From Octopus vulgaris (lineage: Eukaryota): a DNA stretch of 64,000 nt. The number at the start of each line of letters is the position of its first letter. Position 1 is the first letter of the stretch. The notes under the pieces were generated by a model. That model worked only from the letters and a program-made list of their open reading frames with translations. It did not search any database and was not told the DNA's origin. A program made the position numbers and the translations under genes. The stretch spans positions 131,812,001-131,876,000 of the forward strand of contig OX597814.1 in the NCBI GenBank assembly GCA_951406725.2. The letters run 5' to 3'. Positions 1 through 13,328 of this stretch are shown in pieces.

Positions 1-52
1 AACGCTAGGAGAAAAAAAGAACTTATGCACGCAAAGTGCAAACCTGAGTGAC

Positions 53-1463
53 GTGTTAGTGAACGCTGCAACCACTTACGGTAACAGCCCTGTCACCACC
101 ATCACCACCACTAACAACAACAACAACAAGACTACTACTGCTACAACCACCACCTCCACCTCTACCACCACCATCACCACCACCACCACCACCACCACCA
201 CCACCACCACCACCACCACCATCACCACCACCACCACCACCAACATAAATGATAAAAATGAAACTCACACGAATACTGTTAACAAAAACAACAACAACAA
301 GAACAATAATAAAAATGAAATAAATATCTTACTATCTAATAGTGAATATGTTAATATAAAAGAATCAACAACACCAGTAAATTTCGCTGGCACTCTGCGT
401 CAGAAAAAAGAAATAGTAAAATTTACGAATGAAGAGTTAATAGAAACGAGAGCACTCTTTACAACACAAGGGCAGGATTTAGTGCTGCATACACCCCAAC
501 ACATAAAGGAACAAATAGAAAATAAGACAATTATATATAAATTTATAAGAAAAAACAAAAAACAAAATGAACAGATTACAAAAACGGACATAGAAAAGTG
601 TTTAAAAAGCATAATGAAAAAAAAAAAAGAATATATAAACTGGGGTCCCCAGTTTATTACAGTGGTGGTCCGCTCTACGGAGTCTTTGCAAAATGATGAA
701 ATCATCATGGTACCATATTACAAAGGCCAGAGAGTGAGTAGAATTAGCATTAAAAATGTACCCCCCGAGATAGCTAACAAATGGATAACAAGGGCAATCT
801 GTTACCATTTGAAAAAGATAAATATATTAGAAACCACCGTGTACAAAAACGACAATTGGGGTGGTAAAACAATAGTAGTGACCATCCAGATTGAGGGGTC
901 CTCTATCGAGAACCTACCTGATAGGATCCATTTAGAAAATGGGCAAAGCCTATATGTTGTAGCAGAAGGCAAAAAGCCTAGATGCTACAACTGTGGTAGC
1001 CCAGAACATTTAATTGCCAAGTGTGCTCTGGCACAGAAAAAAGAAGAAAGAACAAATCAGAAAACCCGTTGCCAACACCAACACCAACACCAACACCAAC
1101 ACACTCAATTATGGAACAATGCCAAGAAAACAACAAACCAGCAAACAAACCCCAACAACATCACCAAGAAAAGAAACAGTACCAACACAATCACCGTTGA
1201 CGTCGCAACCAATTCAACATACTGAACCAAAAGGTAGACCAACACCAACACCGAGGATGATAATTAAAAAGACAGAAAACAGTGACGAGAAGACAAATTC
1301 TACCCCTAACACCACAACAACACAAACACCGCACAAAACATCAACAATTTCTACAAGCATACATATTAACGCAAATGCTTTGCCTTTACGCCCTTCTGAT
1401 TCGTCGGACGTCGAAATTTCGACGGAATGGCAAATAGCCACAGGGGGTAAAAGGAAAAGATAA
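53..1463 (+). pseudogene. ORF1 (gag-like) of the Tx1/L1-type LINE; frameshifted near the (ACACCA)n tract at about 1075-1100
   Basis: EGKKPRCYNCGSPEHLIAKC zinc knuckle; poly-Thr/Asn N-terminus from (CAC)n/(AAC)n; Thr/Pro-rich tail continues in ORF 1014-1463. Confidence 0.75.
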
Positions 1464-1520
1464 ACCCACCAAAACCCACCAAACAAGGAAGTAAAGCAGG
1501 GAGATATTTAACTGCCGAAC

Positions 1521-4419
1521 ATGGGTGGTAGAGGTACCGCGGTGCTTTTTCGAAAGAGTCTAAATGTAAAAGTAAGAACAATATTCCTAGACCCGGATGG
1601 TAGGCTGGTTGTCTTGGACGTGGATGGCAGAAATGGGTGTGCATTCCGTCTGATGGCAGTTTATGCACCGTCCTTACCGGGTGGGGCGGATTTCTTCAGA
1701 CGTCTAGAAGTTTTCCTGGGTACGTCTAGACTTTTACTGTTAGTAGGGGATTGGAACGCTACCTTGGACACGCATCTAGATTATGTGGGAATGGATAGGA
1801 ATAGAAGGGGGTGTAAGTGCCTCAAAGACCTACTCAGACGTTTCCATTTGTCTGACAGGTTCCGACTCGACCATCCGAACGTGCCAATGTGGACTTGGAC
1901 AAACCGCGTCGGATCGTCGAGATCTTATCTAGATAGAATTCTATGCAGGACAGCGGATAGGGATAGTGTAGGATGTCTACAATTTAAAATAATCAGCTAC
2001 ACAGATCACAAATTTGTGACGTGTACGCTCGACTTAGATAAGACATATAGACAGGATCCCGGTTACTGGATACTGAACACGTCGCTCTTAGCGCGACAGG
2101 TTTACAGGAACCGGTTTAGCGAGTTAATTAAGAGGGCGCTGACGGGAGCCGTCGTTAACAACCGCTGGTGGTTCGCCCTGAAAATGGCAATAAAATCGAA
2201 ATCAATTAGGTTTAGCAAGGAATTAGCGATAGATCGAAACAGAGTAGAGGGAGACCTAGTTAAGAAACTAGAAGAGGCACTTACCACTGGCAGCGCAACC
2301 AACGTACTGGCTGCGAGGATGGCCCTCGACCAACACCTCAACACCAAGCACGAAGGTTGCGTCGTCAGAGCTAAAATGCGTGCCTTAAGGAGCGAAGGGA
2401 TCGAAGCTGCGCGAGAGGCCCGGGTAGCGGAGGCGCAGCGTGGCAACAGAACCACAATTCGGTCTCTAATAGATCAACAGGGATGCAGTTTACTCGAACC
2501 CGAAAGGATGTGTGAGGCCTTTCAACAGCACTTTGCTCGACTGTTAGGTGCGAGTGGTGGGTCGGAACGCGGGATGGATTTCAGTGCCTACCTGACCGAC
2601 CTGCCGCAGCTCTCGGCAAGAGAAGCGGAGTGTTGGGAAAGTCCCATCACAGCCGCTGACGTGCGGGATTCGATGGCGGGCTGCGCGAGGGATAAGTCGC
2701 CTGGATTGGATGGTTTACCCTATGAGCTGTATTGTCAAATGCCAGACTTGTTTGGCGACCTCTTGGCATCAGTCTACTGCAACTGGCAACAAAAGGGATG
2801 AATCCCCGGTTTCGTGAGCCAAGGTGCAGTGACGTTGCTGAAGAAAGACCCAAAATAGGGGAATTTTATAGATAATTTCAGGCCCATCACTCTGCTCAAC
2901 GCAGATTTGAAAATTTTGGCCAAAGTAATAGCCGAGAGGTTAGCGCTTGTCATTGATAAACTGGTCGATAGGGCGCAAACATGCGACACTGAGCGGCATC
3001 CCACGGGAACTGGGTTGCGTAACGAGCTTGTCGGCATATGCGGACGATGTCACCGTCATAGCGTCGAGCGACAAACACATCCAGATGATAGGCGAGACAC
3101 TAAGAAAATACGAAACGGTGACAGGAGCGAAGATTAACCTGGAAAAGTCAGTGGGTTTGCTACTCGGCACCTGGAGAAGCAAGCCCATGCCGTCCGACTG
3201 CGGCTCAGTAGTGGGACGCTGGACGGACGGAACGGTTAAATTGCTCGGGGACTGGTTCAGTCCGGACCTCCAAATGGATAAAGATTGGGACGAGATCACG
3301 AGTAGAGTGGTCGCTCTCAGCCAAACATGGGCCGAGAGAAATCTGTCTCTAAAAGGCCGGGCGGAGGTGGCGAACGCGTACATCGCATCCGTCATCGATT
3401 ACCGCCTGACCGTCGTACCTTGTCCCGACGCCACCATCACCAAACTGGAACGCATACTCTTCCGCTTCCTGTGGAAGGGTGGCGTTCCGATGGTGAGGAA
3501 ATCCATTTGCTGTCAACATCCGTTGAATGGAGGACTGGGCATGCCGTGGTTGATGATGTGCAGGCATGCGCTGAGACTGCGATATCTCTGGAACTTCATC
3601 GACGACGGTGAACAGGTGTGGGCGCCATTCGTGTGGCGCGCCTTCCCGCAGCTCGTCTCACTGACCGAACTGCAAACGTGGATCAAGAAGAGACCGAAAC
3701 TGAGCGATTGGCACCGAGAGTGTCGCCAAACTCTACAGCAGCTCTGCCGACCGGGGTCAAACTTGTTCAACTTACAAACGACTAAAGCGTTCTATAGAGG
3801 ACTAGTGGAGGGGAGGTCCGACGACACACTCGGGGCAAACCTGGGCGTCGACGAGATATTCCTAACCCGCCTGTTCAGGACGACGTTCGGGCCGGGGCCT
3901 ATGGATAACTTTCAGAAATCCCTGGCTTGGCAGTGCTATCGAGACGCACTACCTGTTCGAGAGAAGAGCTACAGGCACGGTACGAAAACCATCACCGGAC
4001 CGACCTGCCCGAGATGCGGTCAGAGTGACGAAACCGTTCTGCACGCACTCGTGCAGTGTCCAGATATTTCAGAGCTGTGGACCTTCGTCGAACAGCTGTT
4101 GTCACGTGTAGGTCGGGACCGCCTATCGGCCGAGTCTATCGTAGATATTGTTCCACAACCTTCCTTTAAACGGGAAGCAAAACGGTTTTCGTTACGCTGA
4201 TGGCTATGGCGAAATGTGTGGTGGACGCGTTTGAAAGGATTGCTAACAAACACCTTCCTCTCTGGTCAGTCTCTCGTCAACTTTTTCAAGTACCACTTGA
4301 AAAGGAGGATGAGAATAGAGAGGAAGGCTTTGTCGAACGAATGTTTTAATAAAAAGTGGGTAAAAGTGGCAAAAATGGTCAGTATGAAAGACGACACTAT
4401 TTTAAGCATAAATCTGTAA
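1521..4419 (+). pseudogene. ORF2 (APE endonuclease-reverse transcriptase), disrupted by stops, frameshifts and internal deletions
   Basis: Motifs VYAP, GDWNA, SYLDRI, TDHK (EN); KSPGLDGLPYE, NFRPITLLN, AYADDVTV (RT); CPRC...ETVLHALVQC. Stops near 2800 and 2857. RT core is missing between AQTC (about 2985) and LSGIP. Confidence 0.88.
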
Positions 4420-4703
4420 CCAAAAGAGACAACGAGAAGTAAGGCGACTTACTCATGTGTACATTTTCGAACTGTCTGAGGTGACCTTGGTCTTTTTTGT
4501 AGGTTTTTCTTTCCAAGGCTACACCTAAACTGTGAACTTTATATATATATATTGCTTTTTTTATACACCACACAAACCACAGATCCCTATTGATCAAACG
4601 TTTTTTTTGTGCCCCACCCATCCCACCTCGAAAAGAAAAAAATTCTACATTGTATTTCGTCCATTTTTATTGTGATTAGCCCTGTGTGGCTACAATAAAA
4701 AGT

Positions 4704-4704
4704 T

Positions 4705-4760
<56 letters not shown>

Positions 4761-4767
4761 CATGCAT

Positions 4768-4801
<34 letters not shown>

Positions 4802-4802
4802 G

Positions 4803-4876
<74 letters not shown>
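4704..4876 (+). repeat. Compound microsatellite (TATC)n-(CATA/CATACA)n-(CA)n
   Basis: Seen directly. Confidence 0.95.
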
Positions 4877-4878
<2 letters not shown>

Positions 4879-5139
4879 TATTACATCGAAAAATGCGAGC
4901 ATGGAAAGTCACATTCTTAAGATTATAAACATGGAAAAGTACAGGACGAGTTATTACACCTGCAAAAGTATAGGACAAGCTATTATTTCTAGTAAAGCAA
5001 AGAATAAGAAACTTTTTATTTAAACTGCTGCAGCAAAGAATGCCAGTTCTTCTAATTTACCACTCTTTGCAGTTCTCATCTTTTTAATTTATTGTACAAA
5101 ACTGTTCAGCTAATTTGTAGGCATTTAAATTTTAAAATT

Positions 5140-6060
5140 TTGAAGATACCTATATCGTTTTTCATAATTTAAGTATGGCTATATAGGGGTAAAATTTAGG
5201 CTTATATAAAGGTAATTATAGAGTATTGAAAAAGATTAGGTAGAGTAGAAACATCATAGAAACGGATGTGAAAATAGCTTATTCACTAAAGTCATGATGA
5301 AATCCGTATCCAACTTGGTAACTTCGATAGATGAGATTTATGAAACTTATGCAATAATTCTAGAAATTACAAATTATTTACTCAATTAGTTTATGTTTTT
5401 AATTAGTGATACCTAGTGTTGACAAAAACTTAATGTTGCAGGGTGTGCTATTTATACATTGATTTTAAAACTAAGAGGTATATTTTAAGAATTAAAAACT
5501 CACGATCAATAAAGTGTTACTTTCTAAAATATTTGAAGGTACGGGTAGTACTATGTACACATGATACTCTAAGGTCTAATCGATTATTTACCAGGTTTAC
5601 ATTATCTTTATGTTTAAAAATTACATAAATTTCCATAGAGCAGAGCTCGCGCCCATATCTGCTATTTCTATAAGGCTGTGCTGTTCTTACTATGTCCCAT
5701 TTGAGGCTAAATCTAATTTTCCTTTGATTTCCAAATCTTACTAGATAATAGTGTGCAATTTGCCTTATGCTGAAGTTTAAAGGCTGGTACATGATTATAT
5801 ATACGCTGTTTCAAATTTATCGATCAAACCGAAGTAAATATAATTATTAGTTGAAGTTGCTATTGTGCATTTATATACTATGTTCTGGGCCATACATCGC
5901 CCCAATAACGGACAGCGGGACTTAACATTAATATAATTTTACCCCAAATCTCCAAGAGGATAAGGAGATAGACAAAGAATATGTTTTACCAACAGCATCA
6001 CAGTTGTAACAGAAATTTTTTTCAAGAAGACACTGCTTTTCTCTGATTTTTCTGTTATTT
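5140..6060 (-). mobile_element. Penelope-like element 3' fragment (GIY-YIG C-terminal region)
   Basis: ORF 5517-5792 contains KWDIVRTAQPY...ELCSMEIYVI...VNNRLDLRVSCVH, typical of the C-terminus of Neptune/Naiad-type PLEs. Paralogous to 7900-8710. Confidence 0.6.
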
Positions 6061-6162
6061 AGTTTTAATTATGAGCGGGGCGGGGAAGTTTTTATTTTAT
6101 AGACTAGTTTATCAAATCAGAGAAGACAAAGGGTAGCCTGTATATATATATATATATATACA

Positions 6163-6335
6163 GGCGCAGGAGTGGCTATGTGATAAGTAGCTTACTTACC
6201 AGCCACATAGTTCCAGGTTCAGTCCCACTGCGGGGTACCTTGGGCAAGTGTCTTCTACTCTAGCTATAGTCTCGGGCCAACCAAAGCCCTGTGAGTGGAT
6301 TTGGTATACGAAAACTGAAAGAATCCTATATCGTA
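6163..6335 (+). mobile_element. tRNA-derived SINE family A (GGCGCAGGAGTGG head), 5' half
   Basis: A/B-box-like head. Related copies at about 14060-14420, 36300-36520(-), 36716-37277(-), 40015-40370, 40990-41365(-), 44896-45529, 62407-62600(-) and 62670-62857. Confidence 0.85.
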
Positions 6336-6337
6336 TA

Positions 6338-6377
<40 letters not shown>

Positions 6378-6381
<4 letters not shown>

Positions 6382-6992
6382 TAATTGTTATCGCCATATT
6401 AATATGTCGGACTGGCAGTGTGAAGCAGCTGACCTCCCTTGTTCGAAGATTATAATGGATACAGATCGTGTATCAATAGCTATCTTGATGGCGGTGGCCT
6501 CATGGAGCTGACCATGGCAGCGATTATTCTTATATCTATAAGAATGCCATATTAATATGGCGATAACAATTCATTTCCAGTAAACGCTGCCATAATCTCT
6601 TTTATAGAGACTTAGTAATTTTAATATTTCTATTATTGAAAACAAGTGGATGTATTCCACTGAAACTAGGTAAATATAAGCCTTCGAACAGAGACGTCAG
6701 TGGCGACACCTGCGGGTCTGACTGCGCTACATTGACAAGGGGCAATACCCCGAAACGCGTCTGTAGCTGTCGGACTGGCAGTGTGAAGCGGCTGACCTCC
6801 CTTGTTCGAAGGTTATAATGGATACAGATCGTGTATCAATAGCTATCTTGATGGCGGTGGCCTCATGGAGCTGACCATGGCAGCGATTATTCTTATATCT
6901 ATAAGAATGCCATATTAATATGGCGATAACAATTAATTTCCAGTAAACGCTGCCATAATCTCTTTTATAGAGACTTAGTAATTTTAATATTT
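6378..6992 (+). mobile_element. Non-coding retrozyme/PLE-pLTR-like element: 363-bp period direct repeat with one hammerhead motif and a short 5' inverted piece, flanked by (TA)n
   Basis: TGTCGGACTGGCAGTGTGAAGC at 6405 and 6768 starts about 225 bp of near-identical sequence. 6378-6406 is the reverse complement of 6911-6938. Hammerhead motif at 6726-6767. Confidence 0.7.
6726..6767 (+). ncRNA. Minimal type-I hammerhead ribozyme, degenerate core
   Basis: GCTACA-[TTGACAA]-GGGG caata CCCC-GAAA-CGCG-TC-TGTAGC. Stems I and II and the palindromic stem III are perfect; the CUGANGA box has two changes. Confidence 0.65.
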
Positions 6993-6993
6993 G

Positions 6994-7037
<44 letters not shown>

Positions 7038-7071
7038 CTCCGTCTTCTCTTCTCTGGATCTGTCCTCCTAT

Positions 7072-7106
7072 GTTTCTGACGAAGAGCTCCGCTCGAAACG
7101 TAAAAC
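7072..7106 (+). ncRNA. Minimal type-I hammerhead ribozyme, intact core
   Basis: GTTT-CTGACGA-A-GAGC tcc GCTC-GAAA-CG-TA-AAAC: canonical boxes, GUA cleavage triplet, palindromic ACGT stem III. Confidence 0.75.
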
Positions 7107-7201
7107 CCTCCTTCTTCCCTTCCTTCCTGAGCGTCCAATAATACTATATTTGTTCCACGTCCTCGCGTTGTTGTTTTCTCTTTGTGTTTTCATGTTTGGA
7201 G

Positions 7202-7255
<54 letters not shown>

Positions 7256-7899
7256 CATATAATCAAAATAAGCAACAGGATATTAAGAAGTGATGCAGTA
7301 CGACCGTTTCAAGCGGCTCCATTTAATTGAACAATGCAATGATTATGGAATACTGGAAAGATAAACATGTTATCTATATATTAATTATAAACCAAGAATC
7401 AGAACAAAATAAAGATGTGTACAGATACACACAACTATTCATCTATGTGCATACATGCACACATATACAAATATTTATACGTTTATATGGATATAATATA
7501 ACCATCTAGTATAGACTTAAGTAACTAAAAAGTATCTATTTACAAACAAGAAAGATAACAATTTATAAGAGATAAGAGGTTAATAGGTTATGCACATATA
7601 TGCATATACACATATACAAATATTTATATGTTTGTATGGATATAGTATAACCATCTCGCATAGACCTAGTAGCTGAAAAATCTCTATTTAAGAACAGTAG
7701 CAACTTTTAGGGATAAAAGGTTAATAGGTAAGGATATCAAAGTAAGAAAACAAAATAATACGAATTTATTGAAAATGATAAGAAATATATAAAACATATA
7801 TTTAAAGAGACAGGGTATTAAATTTTGAGGTAGGGAAGAGATAAAGGTAAGCCTAAAAGAGGGGTTGGTAGGTATGGTTGTAGTGAGGGCAGTTGGAGG

Positions 7900-8710
7900 T
7901 ATTCCGACCGAAGAGATTTTATAAGTTGCAATGTTACAGGTACTATTACATATATGATTTTATAGTTTCTAGGGTGTATATAATTAGGAGACTTACTTAC
8001 ATAAAAGCCGTTACAAATATACATAATATGATAAATAGGGTAGAACATCATAGAAATGAACAAATAAATTAATCACCAAATGCATGATGAAATCAGACTA
8101 ACTTGGCAGGAGTTTTCATGGGATAGTAATTACATATAGCACACCACATACCATAACATATAGCTTATAAAAATCCAATTTAATTCACCATATAACTCAA
8201 TATCCCATGATTTTATAATATACAGTACTAGAGGGTAAGTTTACAACAGATACGACACCAAAATTAATTTCCACCAGTAAAGTTCAAGTATGGCACCTGT
8301 AAACGCTAATTTCGAAAATACCTAAATGTACGGGTGACGCTATGTACGCATGACACCCTTAGGTCTCATCTATTATTAATCCCTTTGTTCATGTCCCTAT
8401 ACTTAAAAATCTCATAGAGCACAGCTCACACCCGTATCGACTATGTCTAAAAGGCTGCATTTCCCGCATTATAACCCATTTAAGGCTTAATTCGATCCCA
8501 CTTTCCTTCAGTTCCCAAATCTTGCTAGACAAGGACGTACAATTGGCTTTATGTTTGGGTCTAAAAGATGAAAAATGGTTATTGATAGGTTTTTTTGATA
8601 TTTATCGAACATCCTATTTATATAAAGTTACCAACTTCAGTTATGATTGTACATTTATAAATTACGTTTTGGATTAGACATCGGCCTAATAACGAACAGT
8701 GAGATTTAAC
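7900..8710 (-). mobile_element. Second Penelope-like 3' fragment, related to 5140-6060
   Basis: Collinear similarity, e.g. GTACGGGT..CTATGTAC.CATGA and CATAGAGCA.AGCTC.C.CC.TATC, at about 5540-5920 and 8330-8710. Confidence 0.6.
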
Positions 8711-9344
8711 TCTACAATTATAACCAGAAGAATTACTACTATTAATATTATTGATATTCCTATCATTATTATTATCACTATTATTATTACTCATACTCCT
8801 ACTATCATATGTGTTATTTCTGTTATTATTTATACTTCCTTCAACTGTAGATCATTCAAATTCATCTCAGCATCAACAGGCGATGTGTCAGTAATCTTTG
8901 CGCTAGTATAAACGTCGGAGTTACAGTCTATATTGTATATATTAGATGTGTTAATACTGCTGTTTCTAATTCCTACATCACTATTAATATTATTCTCATT
9001 GTAGGGGTTTAAGCTAGCATTGACAGTAATATTTTTTATTACTATTAACACCTCTTGTTGATTTTATATTCTTTGTATTTAACCTTGCTAAAATGGTACC
9101 CATATTGGGAAAGGAAGAATACGAAATTCTAACTGTCTTATGAGAAAAAATTCCATTATATATATATATATGTATACACAACACGCACACACACACATAC
9201 ACACACACACACACATACACATATATATATACAGACAAGTGATAGCAAATAAAATGTACCAACATTTTTTATGTAAATATTGATAAAATTGTTTCGATAC
9301 ATACTTACACCTACAGTGCTATGGTGAGATATTGTGAAATCATC

Positions 9345-9346
<2 letters not shown>

Positions 9347-9375
<29 letters not shown>

Positions 9376-9515
9376 TGTATGTATGTATGTATGTATGTAT
9401 GTATGTATGTATGTATGTATGTATGTATGTATGTTTGTATGTATGTTTGTTTGTATGTATGTATGTATGTATTTATGTATGTATGTATGTATGTATGTAT
9501 CTATCTGTGTGTCTG

Positions 9516-9607
<92 letters not shown>
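9347..9607 (+). repeat. Compound microsatellite (TATG)n-(TATC)n
   Basis: Seen directly. Confidence 0.95.
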
Positions 9608-10207
9608 CATATTCACTTGCATGCATACAATCACACTTATTTCCCTTGATTCATTAGGGTGCAATAAATTATAGGGAGCTATAAATTTTTTCCCCTCTGT
9701 ACTACTAATGCCCATCTAGATCTCATTGTAGCGTCCCAAACTTTCTATCGTAAGCCCCTATAACTGATAATAATAAAAGAGTTTATGTCACCCCCACCCA
9801 ACCTTTTTTCTGGGCATTTACCACTATCTCAATGACTTACCCTGAGATTTGTTCTTTTAAGTGGTCAAGGGAATCTACAGCCATAGAGAATTAGGGTTTG
9901 GGAGAATATCTAACAATATTAATTTATGACCAGCAACTAGAATTTAACTGTCAACTCCTAGTGTCTTAATATTAGCTGCATTAGATCGTTTTATGACGTT
10001 AAGAGGATAGATAAAAATTATAGCTAAATTACCAATCTCACGAACCCCACTGTGTTTCCACTTCTGCTATTCCAAAATTTTAGTTGTTTCTATTAAATCT
10101 TATTCTGCAACATTAGTAGCAGCATGGAATCATTTCCTTCTCTAGCTCTGATGAAATATTTGCTAAAAATTATAATAGCATACTCTGCCTGTTGAAAATT
10201 TTTATTT

Positions 10208-10294
10208 TGCAACTGACGATAGTGCTGTATTTCAAATTGATGTAATACTTGCATTGTTCGATTAAATGGACCCGCCTGAAACGGCAGTATTGCA
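10208..10294 (+). ncRNA. Hammerhead-like motif, family with an enlarged stem II
   Basis: TGCAA-CTGACGA...GAAA-CGGCAG-TA-TTGCA. Relatives at 49035-49120(+), 48817-48872(-) and a partial copy at about 7292-7340(-). Confidence 0.55.
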
Positions 10295-10395
10295 TTAATG
10301 TCTTGGCATCCTTGTTACTTATTTTCTTTATATATATGTATATGTATATGTATATGAATAAATAAATGGAGTTTAACGCAAGTATAAATCAAATA

Positions 10396-10491
10396 TTTTT
10401 ACTTTCGACACATGTTTCGAAAATTCCACTGATACTATTCAAAAGAATAAATGGTATATACAATGCAATCTTCTCTTCAGGAAAGTAAAAA
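10396..10491 (-). ncRNA. Type-I hammerhead ribozyme, intact core, long stem I
   Basis: Minus strand: TTTTTACTTTC-CTGAAGA-GAAGATTGCA...TGGAATTTTC-GAAA-CATGTG-TC-GAAAGTAAAAA. 11-bp stem I, GUC triplet. Confidence 0.8.
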
Positions 10492-10722
10492 AAACGAAAC
10501 TCGTCAATAAGACATGTTAGCAAAAAATGATGGATTCGTATAGTGATTAAATGAACGCTATTAATATTGTTAAAAAAAACATGGTATAACGTCAGAAGTA
10601 GCTTACAGAAAGAGTAGGGATATTAATAGTGAATGTTAAATATAAAGGAAATTAATGTTTAAATTATATATAATGATAGAGATTACTTATATGCACTAAA
10701 GGTGTGTAAAAATACACTAATC

Positions 10723-10755
<33 letters not shown>

Positions 10756-11746
10756 GCGCCCTTTTAAAGCCTATCTAAGATCATGTACCCGATTTCCCTG
10801 TTTCAATGGCGTATGTGTTCCCACAGTCCATCACAGCGTTACTCATTTTTGCCAGCTGAGTGACGCTGTTCTCTGGTTTGCTATCTTTGGCCAAACCGTC
10901 CATACCAGCATGGAAAACGGACGTTAAATGATGATGATGGCAATGACGATGATGATAATGACACACACACACACACACATACACACACACACACACACAC
11001 ATGCACACAAGCACACACACATGTATAGGTGTAAATGTAAGGAGAAGCAAATTTGGCAAATCGATATACAAAATAATATTAAATACATTTAATACAAAAA
11101 GTGTACATATGTATATATATGAAAAAGTTCGACTTACATTGAATAGAAATGATATCAGAAACTAAATGTGTTGAATAAGAGTTTTGCGAGTACAGCAACT
11201 ATTTCTAGGAGCATGCTGGTCCAAAATAATTAGAAGTTTTACATTTCAGGTGTTGACAGAATGGAGTTTAAAGATGGAATGATTTTGTGGAGAGCTAAGT
11301 GTATTAGAAAGAGAAATTGTGGGGCTATTTAGAGAGAGGGTAGTGGAAGGAGAAAATATATTTCAGAGTTTAGAAGTGGAAGGTGGGAGGAAGAGGGAAG
11401 CAATGTGGTAGTATGTGAATGGTAACCTTTGTGTTAGTTTGTGTGAAGGCTGTAGAGTTAAAGTTTGAGATAGCGAAAATGGGAATTATTTGAAGGAAAT
11501 AAGTTACCTAATCTACCTCTATCAAAAAGTAGTTTTATGTACTTTTTGAAGGGGGCGATGGTGGGGAGGCTAAGAGAGAAGTGAGAAGTAGTGGATTAAA
11601 AAAAATTAGGAAGAAATATAAATTCATGTACACTTGCACACATTTGGGCAGTGACATATTCTGCTGGAATCTATCCAGCCCGTGAACATTCTTGACCTGT
11701 AAATAATAAAATATTTAAATAAAACTTATGTAATACTTTAAAAAGT

Positions 11747-12050
11747 GGAGGCGCAATGGCCTAGTGGTTAGGGCAGCGGACTCGCGGTCGGAGGATCGCG
11801 TTTTCGATTCCCAGACCGGGCGTTATGTGTGTTTATTGAGCGAAAACACCTAAAAGCTCCACGTACCCCGGCAGGGGGTGGTGGCGACCCCTGTTGTACT
11901 CCTTCGCCCCAACTTTCTCTCACTCTTCATGTTTCTTGAGTAACGCTGCGATAGACTGGCGTCCAGTCCAGCTTGGGCGAACACATACGCCATAGAAACC
12001 GGGAAACCAGGCTCATGAGCCTGGCTAGGCTTGAAAAGGGTGTAAAGAAA
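11747..12050 (+). mobile_element. tRNA(Arg-like)-headed SINE family C
   Basis: GGAGGCGCAATGGCCTAGTGGTTAGGGCAGCGGACTCGCGGTCGG...TTCGATTCCC tRNA-like head with an unrelated tail. Flanked by AATACTT(T/C)AAAAA. Second copy at about 58495-58882(-). Confidence 0.8.
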
Positions 12051-12414
12051 AAATACTTCAAAAATAAATCCAATTCCACATTATCCGTGTTCAATATTAC
12101 AGAATACTAATTATTTGTTTTGTTTCTGCGTAAGTGCTCTAAGTTTTTAAGACGTTTGCAATCACAACCGGCAGCGATATCACGAACGTTATGAAAACAA
12201 GGAAGTCGTAGTCATTTTACAACGATCCTTTGTCTCTCCTGAGGTAAGAGAAGCGGAAATAATTATAGGCATTTACGATAGAACAGTGACTTGGAATTTA
12301 ACATATCTCATACACACTGGAAATAGAACAGGATCGACTAGTGCATTGTTAATATTGCTATGAAATTATATGTACAATATGAAAAATCCAGAAAGTGCAA
12401 GCGCCCATTTAACA

Positions 12415-12835
12415 TTATATTAAAACAAACTGATTTAATAGATTTGATTTTGCAATCAGATTATTCTTAGTACAAAACGTCAAAAGAGCTACTCCATTTC
12501 TATTGCATTTTCCAATCCCATGTCGACCTAAAATAGGCCGTGAAACATAGTCCTTTCCAACTCTTGTATTGAAATCTCCCAATATGACCAGCTTGTCAGA
12601 AATTGGTACTATACTCAATAATCGTGCTAGATCGTCATAAAATTGTTAGGTCGCACTTGGATGCTACTGGTAACATGTAATCCAGTACAACCTGTCGCAT
12701 GGTCGGATCGTCGGCGACTAAACCGGAACCCCCACCAGGCTTGCTTGGTGAGAAGGGTGTTGCTGGACACCCTGCGGGAGGAAAAATAAGACCTGTCAAA
12801 GGGCGGATGAACTCCTGAACAGTCAACGCCCATCC
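12415..12835 (-). mobile_element. RTE-clade LINE fragment (endonuclease piece fused to a 5'-region piece)
   Basis: DKLVILGDFNTRVGKD...LGRHGIGKCNRNGVALLTFC..NNL is typical of RTE APE domains. Confidence 0.7.
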
Positions 12836-12902
12836 AACAAAATGTTTGTAAATATGTGTATGTCTTTTTTATATATATATGTGTATATATGTATAATTTT
12901 AC

Positions 12903-12959
<57 letters not shown>

Positions 12960-13066
12960 CCTTTAATTACATGTCTTCTACTTTACTTTATACAATATTA
13001 TCTATATGTAATTCATTTTCACACATCGTATCTTTTTTATCTTTTACTTTTTTATATGTATGTATG

Positions 13067-13184
<118 letters not shown>

Positions 13185-13278
13185 TTATATTTATTTCTTA
13201 TCTTTTACTTTTTTATATTTATATATAATTCTTATTTACAATTACAAATCACATATCGTACCTTTTTCTGTGTTTCTT

Positions 13279-13325
<47 letters not shown>

Positions 13326-13328
<3 letters not shown>

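Larger units (their letters stand above)
1..4703 (+). mobile_element. Decayed Tx1/L1-clade non-LTR retrotransposon (5' end may lie outside the window)
   Basis: ORF1 with a CCHC knuckle, then ORF2 with APE endonuclease, RT and a C-terminal CCHC. 3' UTR ends in AATAAA (4694-4699) and a short A-tract abutting (TATC)n. Confidence 0.88.

Noticed and set aside
56-268. Gly-rich ORF on the minus strand
   Set aside because: Antisense reading of the (CAC)n tract in LINE ORF1.
11747-11820. tRNA-Arg gene (also about 58810-58882, minus)
   Set aside because: The tRNA-like head continues into a shared SINE body, the acceptor stem is poor, and there is a TSD-like flank.
12120-12260. Possible exon with donor-like sites GCGTAAGT and GAGGTAAGA
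   Set aside because: The ATG is followed by an early stop, there is no similarity to IL-17 exon 1, and no partner exon was found.
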